From the NCBI RefSeq assembly GCF_006345805.1, contig NW_021834791.1, forward strand, positions 1-64,000: a DNA stretch of 64,000 bases, given 5' to 3'. Below the pieces are notes generated by a model. The model was not told where the DNA came from. It saw only the letters and a list, made by a program, of their open reading frames with translations, and searched no databases. The position numbers were made by a program, and so were the translations under genes. The DNA is from Octopus sinensis. Lineage: Eukaryota. Each line of letters starts with the position of its first letter. Within the stretch, counting starts at the first letter, position 1. Shown here piece by piece: positions 1 to 11,928 of this stretch.

Positions 1-152
1 AAGGCCCGATCTTCCGAGTTGTTTTTACAAGGCTTAAAAAAACTGAAGGACCGCTGCAGTAAGAGCGTGAATCTGAGAGGGGAATATATTGAATAAAATC
101 ATAATTAACTGATCCTATTATAATTTCTTTTACCCAAAGTACCCCGCCTCCT
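1..152 (+). mobile_element. 3' end of a mariner transposase gene plus probable 3' TIR, cut by the window edge
   Basis: Frame 1 reads KARSSELFLQGLKKLKDRCSKSVNLRGEYIE* (stop 94-96), matching the typical mariner C-terminus (FY..GI.KL..RW.KC....G.Y.E*). A TATA run follows near 152. Confidence 0.7.
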
Positions 153-539
153 ATATATAATTGTACGCAAAAACAAACAAAAATAAAAGGATGAAGACAA
201 GTTTATATTAAAGTTCCTACGAGCGTTGCACCGTTACCAATGGTTTGTGTTACATGTTTCAAAAGTATATCGATGCTCAACCACAACAGATTGCCAAGAA
301 AGAAGTTTATTGTGATCGGTTGCGGATAATTACGACCGAAGCTAGATGGATGACGAGGCATTTCAGAATTATTTGAGGAGGAAAACAAAGAGAAAGCAAA
401 AGGATGAAATAGCAGTATCTTAAGTAAAAGTGAGGGAGAAAGAAAGAGAGGGAGGGAGATGGAGAAAGCTGAATAAAGAGATTAAAAAAGGTAAAACAGA
501 ACAAGTAGAGTACATGTATCATATGCATGCATAGACATA

Positions 540-744
540 ATATATATCTACGTGTATATATATATGTATATATATATGTATATATATATATACTATGTTT
601 GGTATTATATAAATTCCAATGACTCGTGTTTCTATGCAAGAACAAATTCCGTGCACATACACTCTTGCATGCATATCCATTATATGTACATTTACATACA
701 CACACAGACACATACACAGACGCACAGACACGCACACACATCTG

Positions 745-793
<49 letters not shown>

Positions 794-909
794 TATATAT
801 ATATATATTATATATATTATATATATATATATTATATATTTATATATATATCTAATATATTCATATACATACATACATATATAATATTTATATATATATA
901 ATATATCTA

Positions 910-953
<44 letters not shown>

Positions 954-1031
954 TATACATATATATAAAATAAATAGAATACAATAGAACAGAGAGATGT
1001 GAAAGATAAATTGATTTATATATATATATAT

Positions 1032-1063
<32 letters not shown>

Positions 1064-1124
1064 TGTATGTATGTATAAGAAGATAGTTAGGTAGGAAGAT
1101 AGGTAGACTGATAGATAGATAGAT

Positions 1125-1199
<75 letters not shown>

Positions 1200-1200
1200 A
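540..1200. repeat. Compound microsatellite block (TA)n, (CA)n, (ATGT)n, (GAAA)n
   Basis: Visible directly; explains the IY/YI-rich ORFs. Confidence 0.95.
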
Positions 1201-1514
1201 CGAAAGGAAGAAGAAAGAAAGAATGATAGATAGATTAAAAGAGATAGACAAATAGATATTTAATGTGATTGCCAAAATCATTATATTCACCAATAATATA
1301 TTTTGAAATGATTGGTTCCGGATACCAAATAATATATGGTTTAGTAGAACGTAGAATTGATTAAGAAAAAAATGGAGAGAAATAATAGAAAAAAAAATCA
1401 AATTGAAAACCAAGAAAATGGACAAATAAGTTGTCCACAAATATTGACATATTAAATTAGACAAACAATGCAACTATAAGCCTAACTTATCTTCCAGAAT
1501 ATTCCTGATGTGTG

Positions 1515-1567
<53 letters not shown>

Positions 1568-1913
1568 GTGTGCGTGTGTGTGTGTGTATTAGCTGATTAT
1601 TTGGTTCGACATACATCTACACAAGCAATACGTGCACCCATCATCAGTATTGTATCCTGGTGTTACACGGTGGTTTCGGGTCCTACATTATCCACTCTTA
1701 TCGAGGTGACGTGACTTTGGCCCGTGTTCAAACGGCAATATTCTGACTCACACTATTTGTCTCAGTCAGATCTTTAAATATATATATATATATATATGTG
1801 TGTGTCCTGTACCCATATATGTATGTATATATACATGTAGATGTAGGTACATACACATATAATTAAGTATAAGTATATGATATATGTTTTATTATATATA
1901 TTATGTTTATATA

Positions 1914-1960
<47 letters not shown>

Positions 1961-2015
1961 ATATATGTATTGTATAATTCGGGTGGAAACCTCCTAACGC
2001 TCGTATAGAAGCTCT

Positions 2016-2866
2016 TACAAAGTGGTATGAAAATGTTCTCGGACTACTTACGTTTAATAAAAAAAATGACTTCTTTACCTAAGTTTTAACACCATCTCCT
2101 TCGAAATAGTCGTCTTGCGCAGCAATACACCGGTTCCAGCGCTCCTGCCACTTTTAAAATCCGACCTTGAAGTCGTTTTCCGTGAGTCGAAGATCTTCTG
2201 CGAATTGCTCTGGGTCTCGACAACGGTGTTAAAACGGCGACTTTTGAGCTTTTCATTTTGGGAAGGAGATGGAAGTCTGCACGTGCTAAATATGGCGAAT
2301 GGGGCGACTGCAGGAGTGATACCATATTGTTTTGGGCGAGAAATCCACGAGTGAGTAAAGCTCGGTGACAGGGTGCATTGTCGTCGTGGAGACTCCATTT
2401 GCTCTCCGTAGATCCGGTCGCTTTCTCCCTCAAACACTTCAAAACGTCGCTGTAGAAATCTCGATTCCTTCTGCACAACACCACATTTCCGGGAGTGGTG
2501 CTCGTAACCGTTCTTCCAAATCGCTCATCGTCTTCTTTTGAAGCGCTCGTGCCACTCGAAATATCGTGTACGACCCGTTGCATCGTCGCTGTTAGCTTTC
2601 CGATGCATGCTCAATGTCTCTGTAGTAGACTTCCCAAGCTTAACGGAAAATTTTACGTTGAATCTTTGTTCCTCTTCAAAACAAGATCACAGACTACAGA
2701 ATACACGTAATCACAAATTTCACAACTTGCGAAATAAACACAGCGGTGTCACTCAGCACACTGCCTCATGAAAATCACTGCTAGCTCTCACTAGACACGA
2801 AACCATGCGCTGTCATCTGTTGGAGTGCTACAGAACAAATCCAGTAACGTTTTGATACCACCTCTA
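2016..2866 (-). mobile_element. Internally deleted, decayed mariner element with both TIRs
   Basis: Minus ORF 2086-2583 has WSLHDDNAPCH and PHSPYLARADFHLLPKMK (mariner HDNA and YSPDLAP.D motifs). Imperfect TIRs: TACAAAGTGGTATGAAAATGTTCTCGGACT (2016-2045) versus the reverse complement of 2838-2866, TAGAGGTGGTATCAAAACGTTACTGGATT. The span of about 850 bp is shorter than a full mariner. Confidence 0.9.
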
Positions 2867-3763
2867 AGTCAGTATTTGACTACCACATGATATATTACAG
2901 TGCGGTATATTCCAGGGATAAGATAAACATGCCAAACTCATCTTTGCATAAGATTAATACACGAATAATATAACGCAAGGATGGTAGATATCAGGTTTTA
3001 ATAAGTGGATCACAACATTTATTTCTGCCCCTCACGCTGGTTGTTGTATTCTTCTGGATACTCTGGGTAAACAAGTGAAAAGAATCCAATCAGAATTAAT
3101 CGAATTCTGCTCTGACTAAACGCCCACACACGGCTGTTGCTGAACAGTTTTTAACTGTATAATAATTAGACAGAATGTTCTATTCTGTATTATAGAGAAT
3201 GTTCTTCTCTAATGGTTTTGAATATAGACTCAGAAACTTAAAGCTAGTGTGAAGCGCAGAAACAAATGCTGGGATTTACTATCAAAGCCTGTTATTCTCC
3301 ATCCTCGTGTTATATATATATTTTGTTGTTGTTGTTGTTGGCATCCTTTTGTCTCGGGAGACAATGGAGTTGCGCAAAAACTAATCCAGTCTTGTTTTTA
3401 CATTTCATGTCCTCTCTAGTTTCTTCTCCAGTTTTGCGCAGGCCTGGGCTAGATGCAAGAAAATCCTGGGTAGCCCAATTGTCAGGATTCCTCTCTCGAC
3501 CTTGCTGGCGTAGTTCAAAGAATGGCAGAGCATTGTGTTTGACACTAGCCTGGTTGCAGGAGCTGCCAGAAGAGTGTCGAGTCGAACACTAAACCGCCTA
3601 CGGAGCTCCACTCCGGATTTCTTTGAAGGTTGTCTCCTTTCCGTATCCCTAGATAGGGGCCTATACTGGGTACTGTCAGCCGGAGCCAGCTGAGCCCAGG
3701 ACTCGTGTCAGACAGAGTCGTCACTCTCTGAAGTAGTGAAAAGAATCGCTACCCACTACCTAT

Positions 3764-3801
<38 letters not shown>

Positions 3802-3846
3802 AATAATAATAATAATAATAATAATAATGATAATAATAATAATAAT

Positions 3847-3940
3847 GTACCCTTATCAGACGGGTAGTCATGATGGGTATACTGGTCTTCGTATATTTTA
3901 CCCCAGTGTCACTTTGATGGCATGCTCTGCTCGCTCACTC
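3847..3940 (+). mobile_element. 3' fragment of an (AAT)n-tailed retroposon, copy 1
   Basis: GTACCCTTATCAGACGGGTAGTCATGATGGG...CCCAGTGTCACTTTGATGGC...CACTC recurs at 10218-10319 and about 27890-27986. Flanked on both sides by (AAT)n. Confidence 0.75.
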
Positions 3941-4003
<63 letters not shown>

Positions 4004-4334
4004 CTAGGAAGCTACTCCGTCAATCCTCATCACACACAATCTCGCCAACGGGTGAACTGTCTATTTTTTTCATTTGTTAATATCGCCGCCAAGGTGGCCA
4101 TCGCTTCTCCAGCAGGCCTCTCTTAAGGTATCTCTCTTCAGACGTTTTCAATTCATTCGCCTCATCTCCCCGTCTCGCTCATACATATGTTCTCACCCCG
4201 AAACTCTGCACGAAAAACTCCACCAAGACCTTTCTCTCATGAATTTCTTTTCTGTTTTGCTGTCCTCAGCTTGGAACAGTTTACAAGGAGATGATATTAA
4301 AACTTAGGTAAATAAGTTATTTTTTTAATAAATG

Positions 4335-4528
4335 AGTTGTACCTGTAATTCAAAGGGGCCCAGCCTTGTCACATTCTGTATCACGCTGAATATCCGCGAG
4401 AACTACGTTAAAGGTACACGTGTCTGTGGAGTACTCAGCCACTTGCACGTTAATTTCAGGAGCAGGCCGTTCCATTGATCAGATCAACTGGAACCCTGAT
4501 CGTCGTGACCGACGGAGTGCCAGTTCTA
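4335..4528 (+). mobile_element. 3' part of a tRNA-derived SINE (group C)
   Basis: Shares CTCAGCCACTTGCACGTTAAT...GATCAACTGGAAC...CGTCGT..CCGACGG body with 5700-6022, 45415-45720 and 57478-57682. Confidence 0.8.
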
Positions 4529-4534
4529 TATATG

Positions 4535-4604
<70 letters not shown>

Positions 4605-4626
4605 ACATATATAGAACTGGCACTCC

Positions 4627-5132
4627 GTCGGACAAACGGGACGCCGCTTGGCTGACCAGTTCGCGGAACACCTCCGTGACATCCGCCTTGCCAACGACAC
4701 ACCGGTCTCACGCCATTTCCGATCCACCGGTCACTCCTTGCAACACCTGTCTATGTTCGGATTGTCCTTGCACAGAGGCCATCCGGATTCCCGTTTGCGC
4801 CGTGAACAGAAATTAATCTTCTCTCTTCGGTCTTTCACGCCATTCGGTCTCAACTCCCCTCTTCTCATCTAACCTCCCCCCGACTCCTACTTCCCTTCAG
4901 TCCTTCATCTTTTCACCCCTACTCTCTTTTCCTCCCCTTCTTTCCTCTTTCTTGTTCCCTCTTCCCCTTCTCTCTTTCTCTCTGCTCCCTCCCTCCCCTT
5001 CTCTTCCCCCTCCCCTCCCTCCCCCCCTTTCCTATCCCCCTCCTCTTCTCCTTCCTGAGCGCCATACTAATACAATTGTTTGTTTGTACTCCACCTGCCT
5101 CCGTCTTTTGTTTATTTTCGTAAGCTTCCCGT
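4627..5132 (+). mobile_element. 5'-truncated Penelope-like element: GIY-YIG endonuclease C-terminal half plus 3' tail ending in (TA)n
   Basis: From 4627: VGQTGRRLADQFAEHLRDIRLANDTPVSRHFRSTGHSLQHLSMFGLSLHRGHPDSRLRREQKLIFSLRSFTPFGLN, matching the PLE YIGQT.R.L..RF.EH...PVARHF....H...EQ.LIF.L....P.GLN pattern. Stop at 4872; tail 5050-5132 resembles the short elements at 8.0 and 43.9 kb. Confidence 0.88.
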
Positions 5133-5147
5133 TATATATATATATAT

Positions 5148-5231
<84 letters not shown>

Positions 5232-5698
5232 GTATATATATATATGTATGTATATGTATGTATGTATGTATGCATGTATGTATGTATGTGTATGTATGTA
5301 TGTATGTATGTATGTGTATGAATGTATATATGTATGTATATATGTATATATGTATGTATGTATGTATGTGTGTATGTATGTATGTATATATGTGTGTATG
5401 TATGTATGCATGTATGTATGTATGTGCGTATGTATGTATGTATGTATGTATGTATGTATGTATGTATGTATGTGTGTATGTATGTATGTATGCCTGTATG
5501 TATGTATGTATGTATATATGTATGTATGTATGTATGTATGCATGTATGTATGCATGCATGTATGTATGTGTGTATGTATGTATGTATGTATGTGTGTATG
5601 TATGTATATATATATGTATATATGTATGTATGTATGTATGTGTGTATGTATGTATGTATGTATGTATGTATATGTATGTATGTATGTATGTATTTATG
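5133..5698. repeat. (TA)n followed by long (ATGT)n microsatellite
   Basis: Visible directly; source of the MYVC/HTYI ORFs. Confidence 0.95.
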
Positions 5699-5699
5699 T

Positions 5700-6022
5700 G
5701 TGGAGGCGCAATGGCCCAGTGGTTAGGGCAATGGACTCGCGGTTGTAGGATCGCGGTTTCGATTTCCGGACCGAGCCTTGTCAATGTTTATTCAGCAAAA
5801 ACACTTAAAGCTCCACGAAGTTCCGGCAGGGTGTGGTATTTCAAAGGGCCAGCCTTGTCACACTGTGTCATGCTGAATATCCGCGCGAACTATGCTGAGG
5901 GTACTCGTGTCTGTGGAGTGCTCAGCCACTTGCACGTTAATAAATGAGGTAAATAAATGAACAAGCAGGCTGTTCCAGTGATCTGATCGACTGGAACACT
6001 CCTCGTCGTAAGTGACGGAAGG
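5700..6022 (+). mobile_element. tRNA-derived SINE (group C), near full length
   Basis: Pol III A-box-like TGGCCCAGTGGTTAGG and B-box-like GGTTTCGATT head, then a body shared with other copies. Confidence 0.85.
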
Positions 6023-6130
6023 CCGGGCAACGATGGCAACAGTGTCTTCATTCAGACTTAACCCCTTTCCTTCAAGAAATACAGTTGTACCAACTGCGTG
6101 GTTTCGATTTCACTTCAGTATGTTGTTAAC

Positions 6131-6522
6131 CCTTTCTACTAGAGGCATAAGGCCTGAAATCTGGAGGAGGGGACTAGTCGATTACATCGACCCCAGTGCG
6201 CAACTGATACTTAATTTATCGACCCCGAAGGATGAAAGGTAAAGTCGACCTCGGCAGAATTTGAACTCACTTCAGCATGTCGTTAATACCCATTCCTTTC
6301 CTGCCCACAAGGGGCTAAACACAGAGGGGACAAACAAGGATAGACAAACAGATTAAGTCGATTATATCGACCCAAGTGCATAGCTGGTACTTATTTAATC
6401 GATACCGAAAGGATGAAAGGCAAAGTCGACCTCGGCGGAATTTGAACTCAGAACGTAACGGCAGACGAAATACCACAAAGCATTTCTCCCGGCATGCTAA
6501 CATTTCTGCCAGTTCGCCGCCT
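6131..6522 (-). mobile_element. Two adjacent copies of the dominant tRNA-derived SINE (group A)
   Basis: Reverse complement of GGCGGCGA.CTGGCAGAA...GTTCTGAGTTCAAATTCCGCCGAGGTCGACTTTGCCTTTCATCCTTTCGG, seen more than 15 times in the window. Confidence 0.9.
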
Positions 6523-7087
6523 TATGTCGTTAATACCATTAAGCAAAACATGAACATCACTGCATCACATCATCGTATATACATAACCAAAGAGTAAAAT
6601 GCTGACAGACCCATTCTAATAGAAAAAAAACCCTCACTAACCTTACACTTTCGATATCAATATTGTTAAACAATGAATGAACGCCACAACATTACATTAA
6701 TTCTGAAATTAATAAAATAAATTACATTACTGTTTACGTATCGTCAAAAAGAAAATAATAGTAACAACCTCTTCATTGAAACCACACAAAATCAATTTGG
6801 ACCGACGTTAATAATATCAAGCAGAGCATGAACGTCACAGCGTGGCCTAACCACTGAAATCAATTAAACTAATTACGTCATTGATTATGTAGAGTCAGAT
6901 TACTATGTATAGAGAAATGTGCATGATTATGTATAGCGAAAAATATATATAATAACAGGAAATAGCGACTTTGAAGATTTCGTTTAATTTGTCTCGTTTG
7001 TGGTGAAATGTGTGATGTTTATTCCTCTATTATGTTTGTTGTTACAAAAGATCGATATCAACAAACATAATAATTTTTGTTGTGCAG

Positions 7088-7149
7088 GCTATGTTGCTAA
7101 GATTTTCGCTTTGTAACAAAGGTACGACAACCTGGCAAAATATTTTCGG
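7088..7149 (+). other. Possible small spliced exon (unconfirmed)
   Basis: TTTTTGTTGTGCAG acceptor-like site, 62 nt with one open frame (AMLLRFSLCNKGTTTWQNIF), then CGG|GTAAGT donor. No recognisable protein and no partner exon. Confidence 0.2.
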
Positions 7150-7249
7150 GTAAGTATGCTCTTGATTTGACCAGTTCCTCCTAAACTTAATTTTTGTTAT
7201 GATAAAACAGTTCGGAACCTCATCGTATATCTATGTATAGATATTCTTT

Positions 7250-7522
7250 TATTTGTTTCCGTCATTTGAGTACGGCCATGCTGGAGCACAGCCTTTCGTC
7301 GAACAAATCGACACCAGGACTTATTCTTTGTAAAGCCTAGTACTTATTCTATCGGTCTCTCTTGCCGAACCGCTACGTGGCGGGAACGATGACACCAACA
7401 TCGGTTGTCAAGCGATGTTGGGGTGACAAACACAGATACACAAACATATATATATATATATATATTATAATATATATATATATATACATACATACATATA
7501 TATATATATATGAAAGTCCGTC

Positions 7523-7560
<38 letters not shown>

Positions 7561-7720
7561 GACGGACTTCTTTCAGTTTCCGCCTACCAAATCCACTCAC
7601 AAGGCTTTGGTCGGCCCGAGTCTATAGTAGAAGACACTTGCCCAAGGTGCCACGCTGTGAGACTGAACCCAGAACCACGTGGTTGGCAAGCAAGCTACTT
7701 ACCACACAGCCCACTCCTGT
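7250..7720 (-). mobile_element. SINE group B with an internal (TA)n tract
   Basis: Reverse complement of the element at 17775-18172 and 30756-31170 (head GGCGTGGCTGTGTGGTAAG; 3' GGCCATGCTGGAGCAC). Confidence 0.88.
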
Positions 7721-7964
7721 ATGTTTGTACTCTTTCTCTTTTTAATTAAGAGTAAATTTTGACCGGCCATCGACTTTGTAGCTAGAATTATTTTGTTTTA
7801 ACCAACATCCTTTAAATCATAAGAAGGTTTTGCAGGTTTTTGTAGCCTCAGATATCCTGATCATTTTTAGCTTATGAATTAAGGATTTGTATTCTCTCCC
7901 CAGGATCCAAATTTCAGTCATATTTTGCTCCAGACGCGAATGTATGTATGTATAGCCACTACAC

Positions 7965-8125
7965 ACATTTTTTTCTCTCCTTGTTTTTTCTGTGTCTCTT
8001 TCTGTAGAAGAGCGTAGGCTCGAAACGTAAAAGACTTTTTCTATTCCTGAGCGTTATACTAATACATCTGTTTGTTTTGTACACCACCTGTCTTCATCTT
8101 TTGTTTTTTTCGTAAACTCTCCCTG
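7965..8125 (+). mobile_element. Short PLE pseudo-LTR-like element carrying a hammerhead-like motif
   Basis: Nearly identical to 43875-44030; its 3' half resembles the tail of the GIY-YIG fragment at 5050-5132. Confidence 0.75.
7997..8034 (+). ncRNA. Minimal type I hammerhead-like motif with variant core CUGUAGA
   Basis: TCTTT-CTGTAGA-A-GAGC(GTAG)GCTC-GAAAC-GT-A-AAAGA: 5-bp stem I, 4-bp stem II, loopless palindromic ACGT stem III. A6 of CUGANGA is replaced by U. Confidence 0.6.
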
Positions 8126-8399
8126 TATGTATGTATGTATGTATGTATGTATGTATGTATGTATGTGAGTATGCGTTATGAGAACTTTATTGTGGATGAA
8201 AGGAAGCCTTTAGCTTTTTTTTATATCAAAATATGCTTAAAACGAACGATATATTCCTACTGAAATATAAAGGAAAATAAATTCATATTTTATGATATCA
8301 GTTCAAGAAGTCAAATATTTTTCTTCTAAAAATCACATGGTACTGGTATTTCGTTTCCTTCTAATTGCTACTGGGTCGTGGGCGCAATAACAATAGTAG

Positions 8400-9535
8400 G
8401 AGAGACTTTCAATAGTTGCTTTAGCTGTAGTAGCTTTTGGTAGTAGCAACACGAATGTCAGTTATATTTTGTTAGCCTAACTAGTCGTAGTAGTTGTGGA
8501 AAGTTTAACAATGTTTTCTGTAGGGTTGGTGGTTCATGTTTTCTTTCCGCTGCCACAAGTAGTTAAACTTGGTTGGTATTTGTTGATGTAGGTTGTTTCT
8601 TCGTTGATGCGTTGCTGGCAAAGTGTATAATTGCTAAATTGATATAAAAATGAAATAATTGTAAAATTTATTTGTTTGTTTCCTGCACAAGTATCTATAT
8701 GTCACAAAGTCCTATTTGTGTGTATCGCCGAATTTTAATTTGAGATCTACGCAAATGTGTTGTCTTAAGGAGCTACTGGATTGTGCTATGTAATTTTTTT
8801 CCACATTCTAAACATGTGTTTGCACAGATTAGGTTTTCAGACGCACAGATTAAGTTATATTTTATTGTAAAATGTTCTCCGTGTTTGAAAATTCAGCTTT
8901 GATACTTGTGTCAGATTAAAACATATAACAGTAGACTTTCTGCATTTTCTTTTCCTGTTGATATTTGTTATTATTGCATGAATTTTTGCCTGTTAGTATT
9001 TTAAAATTGATTTGGATTGTCTTTTGTTCTTTATGATGTATTTAGGGGATTTGGTTCAAACTGAGTTCCTTTTACAGTGACAAAATGTATTGCACTACGA
9101 TGTTGTAGGCCTTATTGCCTGGGGGATTGTAGATGGAGGACTTGAAGTTGTTTGGGGGGATTGTAGGCGGAGGATTTGCAATTCCAATACATTTCTTTGT
9201 TTTGTTTGTCTTAGTTTTTGGATATTGAATTTCTTGGCTCGTTGTATTATCGAATAAGGATGGTCGTAATTCATGTCAAAGAGTGCATTCTTAAGTTCTT
9301 GGAGTTTTACATCACGTATATTTATATCGGATACTATTGTGCAAATCCTTTTGGTTAGATTATAAGTAACATTCATTCCGGTGTGCCTCAGATGACCTGA
9401 ATTGAATGGCAAACATTGCTTGGCGTCTGTAGATTTATTCTAAATGCCCGTCTCTGTTTAGTTGAGACGGGAATTCTTTGTAAGGATGTCTAAAAATGGG
9501 AGTTGGTTATGGCCATATTTAATGGTTATTTGTCG
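8400..9535 (-). mobile_element. Decayed Penelope-like element: RT C-terminus/thumb, linker and GIY-YIG
   Basis: Minus frames give LPFLDIL...NKSTDAKQCLPFNSGHLRHTGMNVTYNLTKRICTIVSD...LQELK (PLE thumb), then LICASENLI, TCLECGKNYIAQS and QRINEETTYINKYQPSLN (GIY-YIG). Many stops and frameshifts. Confidence 0.85.
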
Positions 9536-9734
9536 TCATCGGCATTAACTCATATCCGGGTCGTTAATCTATAGCGAGTGATTGGCCCTCTTCACCCGCA
9601 TGTGTGCGAAGGGTGACAGTGCCTGAAGTGGCTATTGAGTCATAAGGTGGTGGAGAAAAGCCGGGGGCATTTATCACAGAGGAGGACTGGTGGGGGACGA
9701 GGAAATGCGTATTCCATTGAGAAATGTTGTCTCT

Positions 9735-9832
9735 CTCCTTTCGAATTGATACTAGAAGACATTTGCTTAAGGTGCCGCAAAGTAGGACTGAACCCGAAAG
9801 CATGTGGTTGTAAAACGAGCTTCTTAACAACA
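9735..9832 (-). mobile_element. SINE group B head fragment
   Basis: CTAGAAGACATTTGCTTAAGGTGCC...GGACTGAACCC matches the group B head in reverse. Confidence 0.65.
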
Positions 9833-10062
9833 TAGCGAAATAATTCCCAATTAGAATGAACAATTTTCCACTTACAATTGCCACCCCTTAAGGAAGGGGA
9901 GAGATAATTTCAAGAGATTATATATTCATTTCACAAAATTAATATACGTACCCAAGTTTAATTAAGAAACGAAAAACAAGCAAACAATTTGTCGTAAAAA
10001 AACACAGCAATAAAACAAAACAAAAAAACGGAACAAATAAGTGTTTATAGATTTTGCAGAAC

Positions 10063-10122
<60 letters not shown>

Positions 10123-10176
10123 GACGGTGATGATGATGATAAGAAGAATGATGATGATAATGATGATGATGATGAT

Positions 10177-10217
<41 letters not shown>

Positions 10218-10219
<2 letters not shown>

Positions 10220-10319
10220 CCTGGTGTACCTTTATCAGACGGGTAGTCATGATGGGTATATTGGGCTTCGTATATTTTACCCCAGTGTCACTTTGATGGC
10301 ATGAACTGCTCTCTCACTC
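10218..10319 (+). mobile_element. 3' fragment of an (AAT)n-tailed retroposon, copy 2
   Basis: Same sequence as 3847-3940, again embedded in (AAT)n. Confidence 0.75.
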
Positions 10320-10362
<43 letters not shown>

Positions 10363-10432
10363 TAATAATATAATAATAATAATAATAATAATAATTATAA
10401 CAATAATAAAGATGGTGAGGATGATAATAAGA

Positions 10433-10470
<38 letters not shown>

Positions 10471-10698
10471 AAGTTTCAGGTAAAACCGACCACCATCAAC
10501 AGCAACAACAACAACATGAATATTCATAAACAATGCGATAACTGTTGCCAAGGAATAATATACGTATATAGGAAAATTAGATCGATAATAAAAATAGTAA
10601 TTTTAGATAAAATTATTTTCTGCATTATCGAAAATTATCGATAATCAACTCAATTAATAGAATCCATTCTTTCACTTTTCCTGGTTTTGGTTTTTACC

Positions 10699-10699
<1 letters not shown>

Positions 10700-10760
<61 letters not shown>

Positions 10761-10900
10761 CATCACCACTATCACGACAACTACTACTGCTACTACCACT
10801 ACAACCACTACTGCTGCTGCTGTTACTGCTGCTACGACTACTACTACTACTACCTCTCCTACAACTAATACCATCATCACCACCACGACAACTACTACAA

Positions 10901-10940
<40 letters not shown>

Positions 10941-11006
10941 CACTACCACTACTACTACTATCACTACTACCACTACTACTACTACTACAACCACCACCAC
11001 CACCAA

Positions 11007-11054
<48 letters not shown>

Positions 11055-11055
11055 C
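10700..11055. repeat. (ACT)n/(ACC)n trinucleotide repeat
   Basis: Visible directly; gives poly-T/poly-V ORFs. Confidence 0.95.
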
Positions 11056-11589
11056 GCAATGATTATTCTAAAAATAAAGAAATAAAATAAAGGTAAAAAA
11101 GACCAACTTGCGTATTTCCCTATCAGTTTCACTATCTTTAAATATCAGAAAAATCTAAATTCTGTTAAAAATTCCAGTTATTTCAAGATTTTGCCGAATC
11201 AACTTAAACAGAACAGCAGAACAATGATAATGGCAACTAACCCTCCATCCCTCCATCCCTCCATCACCCCGCCTTCCCCACCCACTCACACATGCGTTCC
11301 TTTACTTACACAACAATATTAAACTGACAGTTTCCTCCTCCCTTACAGTCTCATCAACGATTTAGTAAAAGGCAATGAAACTAAATAGACGTTCAGGGGG
11401 AAATTTGATTATTGTAATAATGTTTTTTTTTAGTTGATGTTATTGTGAGTGTTTTTTTTGTTTTTCTGAAGAAAATATATGTAAATATGTATGCAGTGTG
11501 CATATGATTGTGTGTGTATGTGTGTGTGTGTGTGCGTGCGCGTGTGTGGCTGTGTGTGTCTCTGTGTCTGTGTGTGTATTATGTGTGCG

Positions 11590-11627
<38 letters not shown>

Positions 11628-11662
11628 GTCTATAGATGTATAGATGTATGTGTGCGTGTATT

Positions 11663-11695
<33 letters not shown>

Positions 11696-11888
11696 ATATA
11701 TATGTATGTATATATATGTATATTTGTATGTACAAATATGTATATTAAGGTATATATATATGTGTGTGTATGTGTCTGTGTTTCTGTATATTTGTACATA
11801 TATATATATTTATATATATGCACATGTAAATAATAACAACAACAACAACAACGACAATAATAATAATAATAATAATAATAATAGTAAC

Positions 11889-11928
<40 letters not shown>

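Noticed and set aside
1600-1660. Minus-strand CTGATGA in unique sequence
   Set aside because: Followed by GAAC rather than GAAA, with no consistent stems.
3266-3750. ORFs 3266-3592 and 3405-3611
   Set aside because: Probably a repeat fragment next to (GTT)n, but no motif supports a protein or family call.
5700-5775. SINE heads as genuine tRNA genes
   Set aside because: They have only A/B-box-like motifs without a full cloverleaf and continue into shared SINE bodies.
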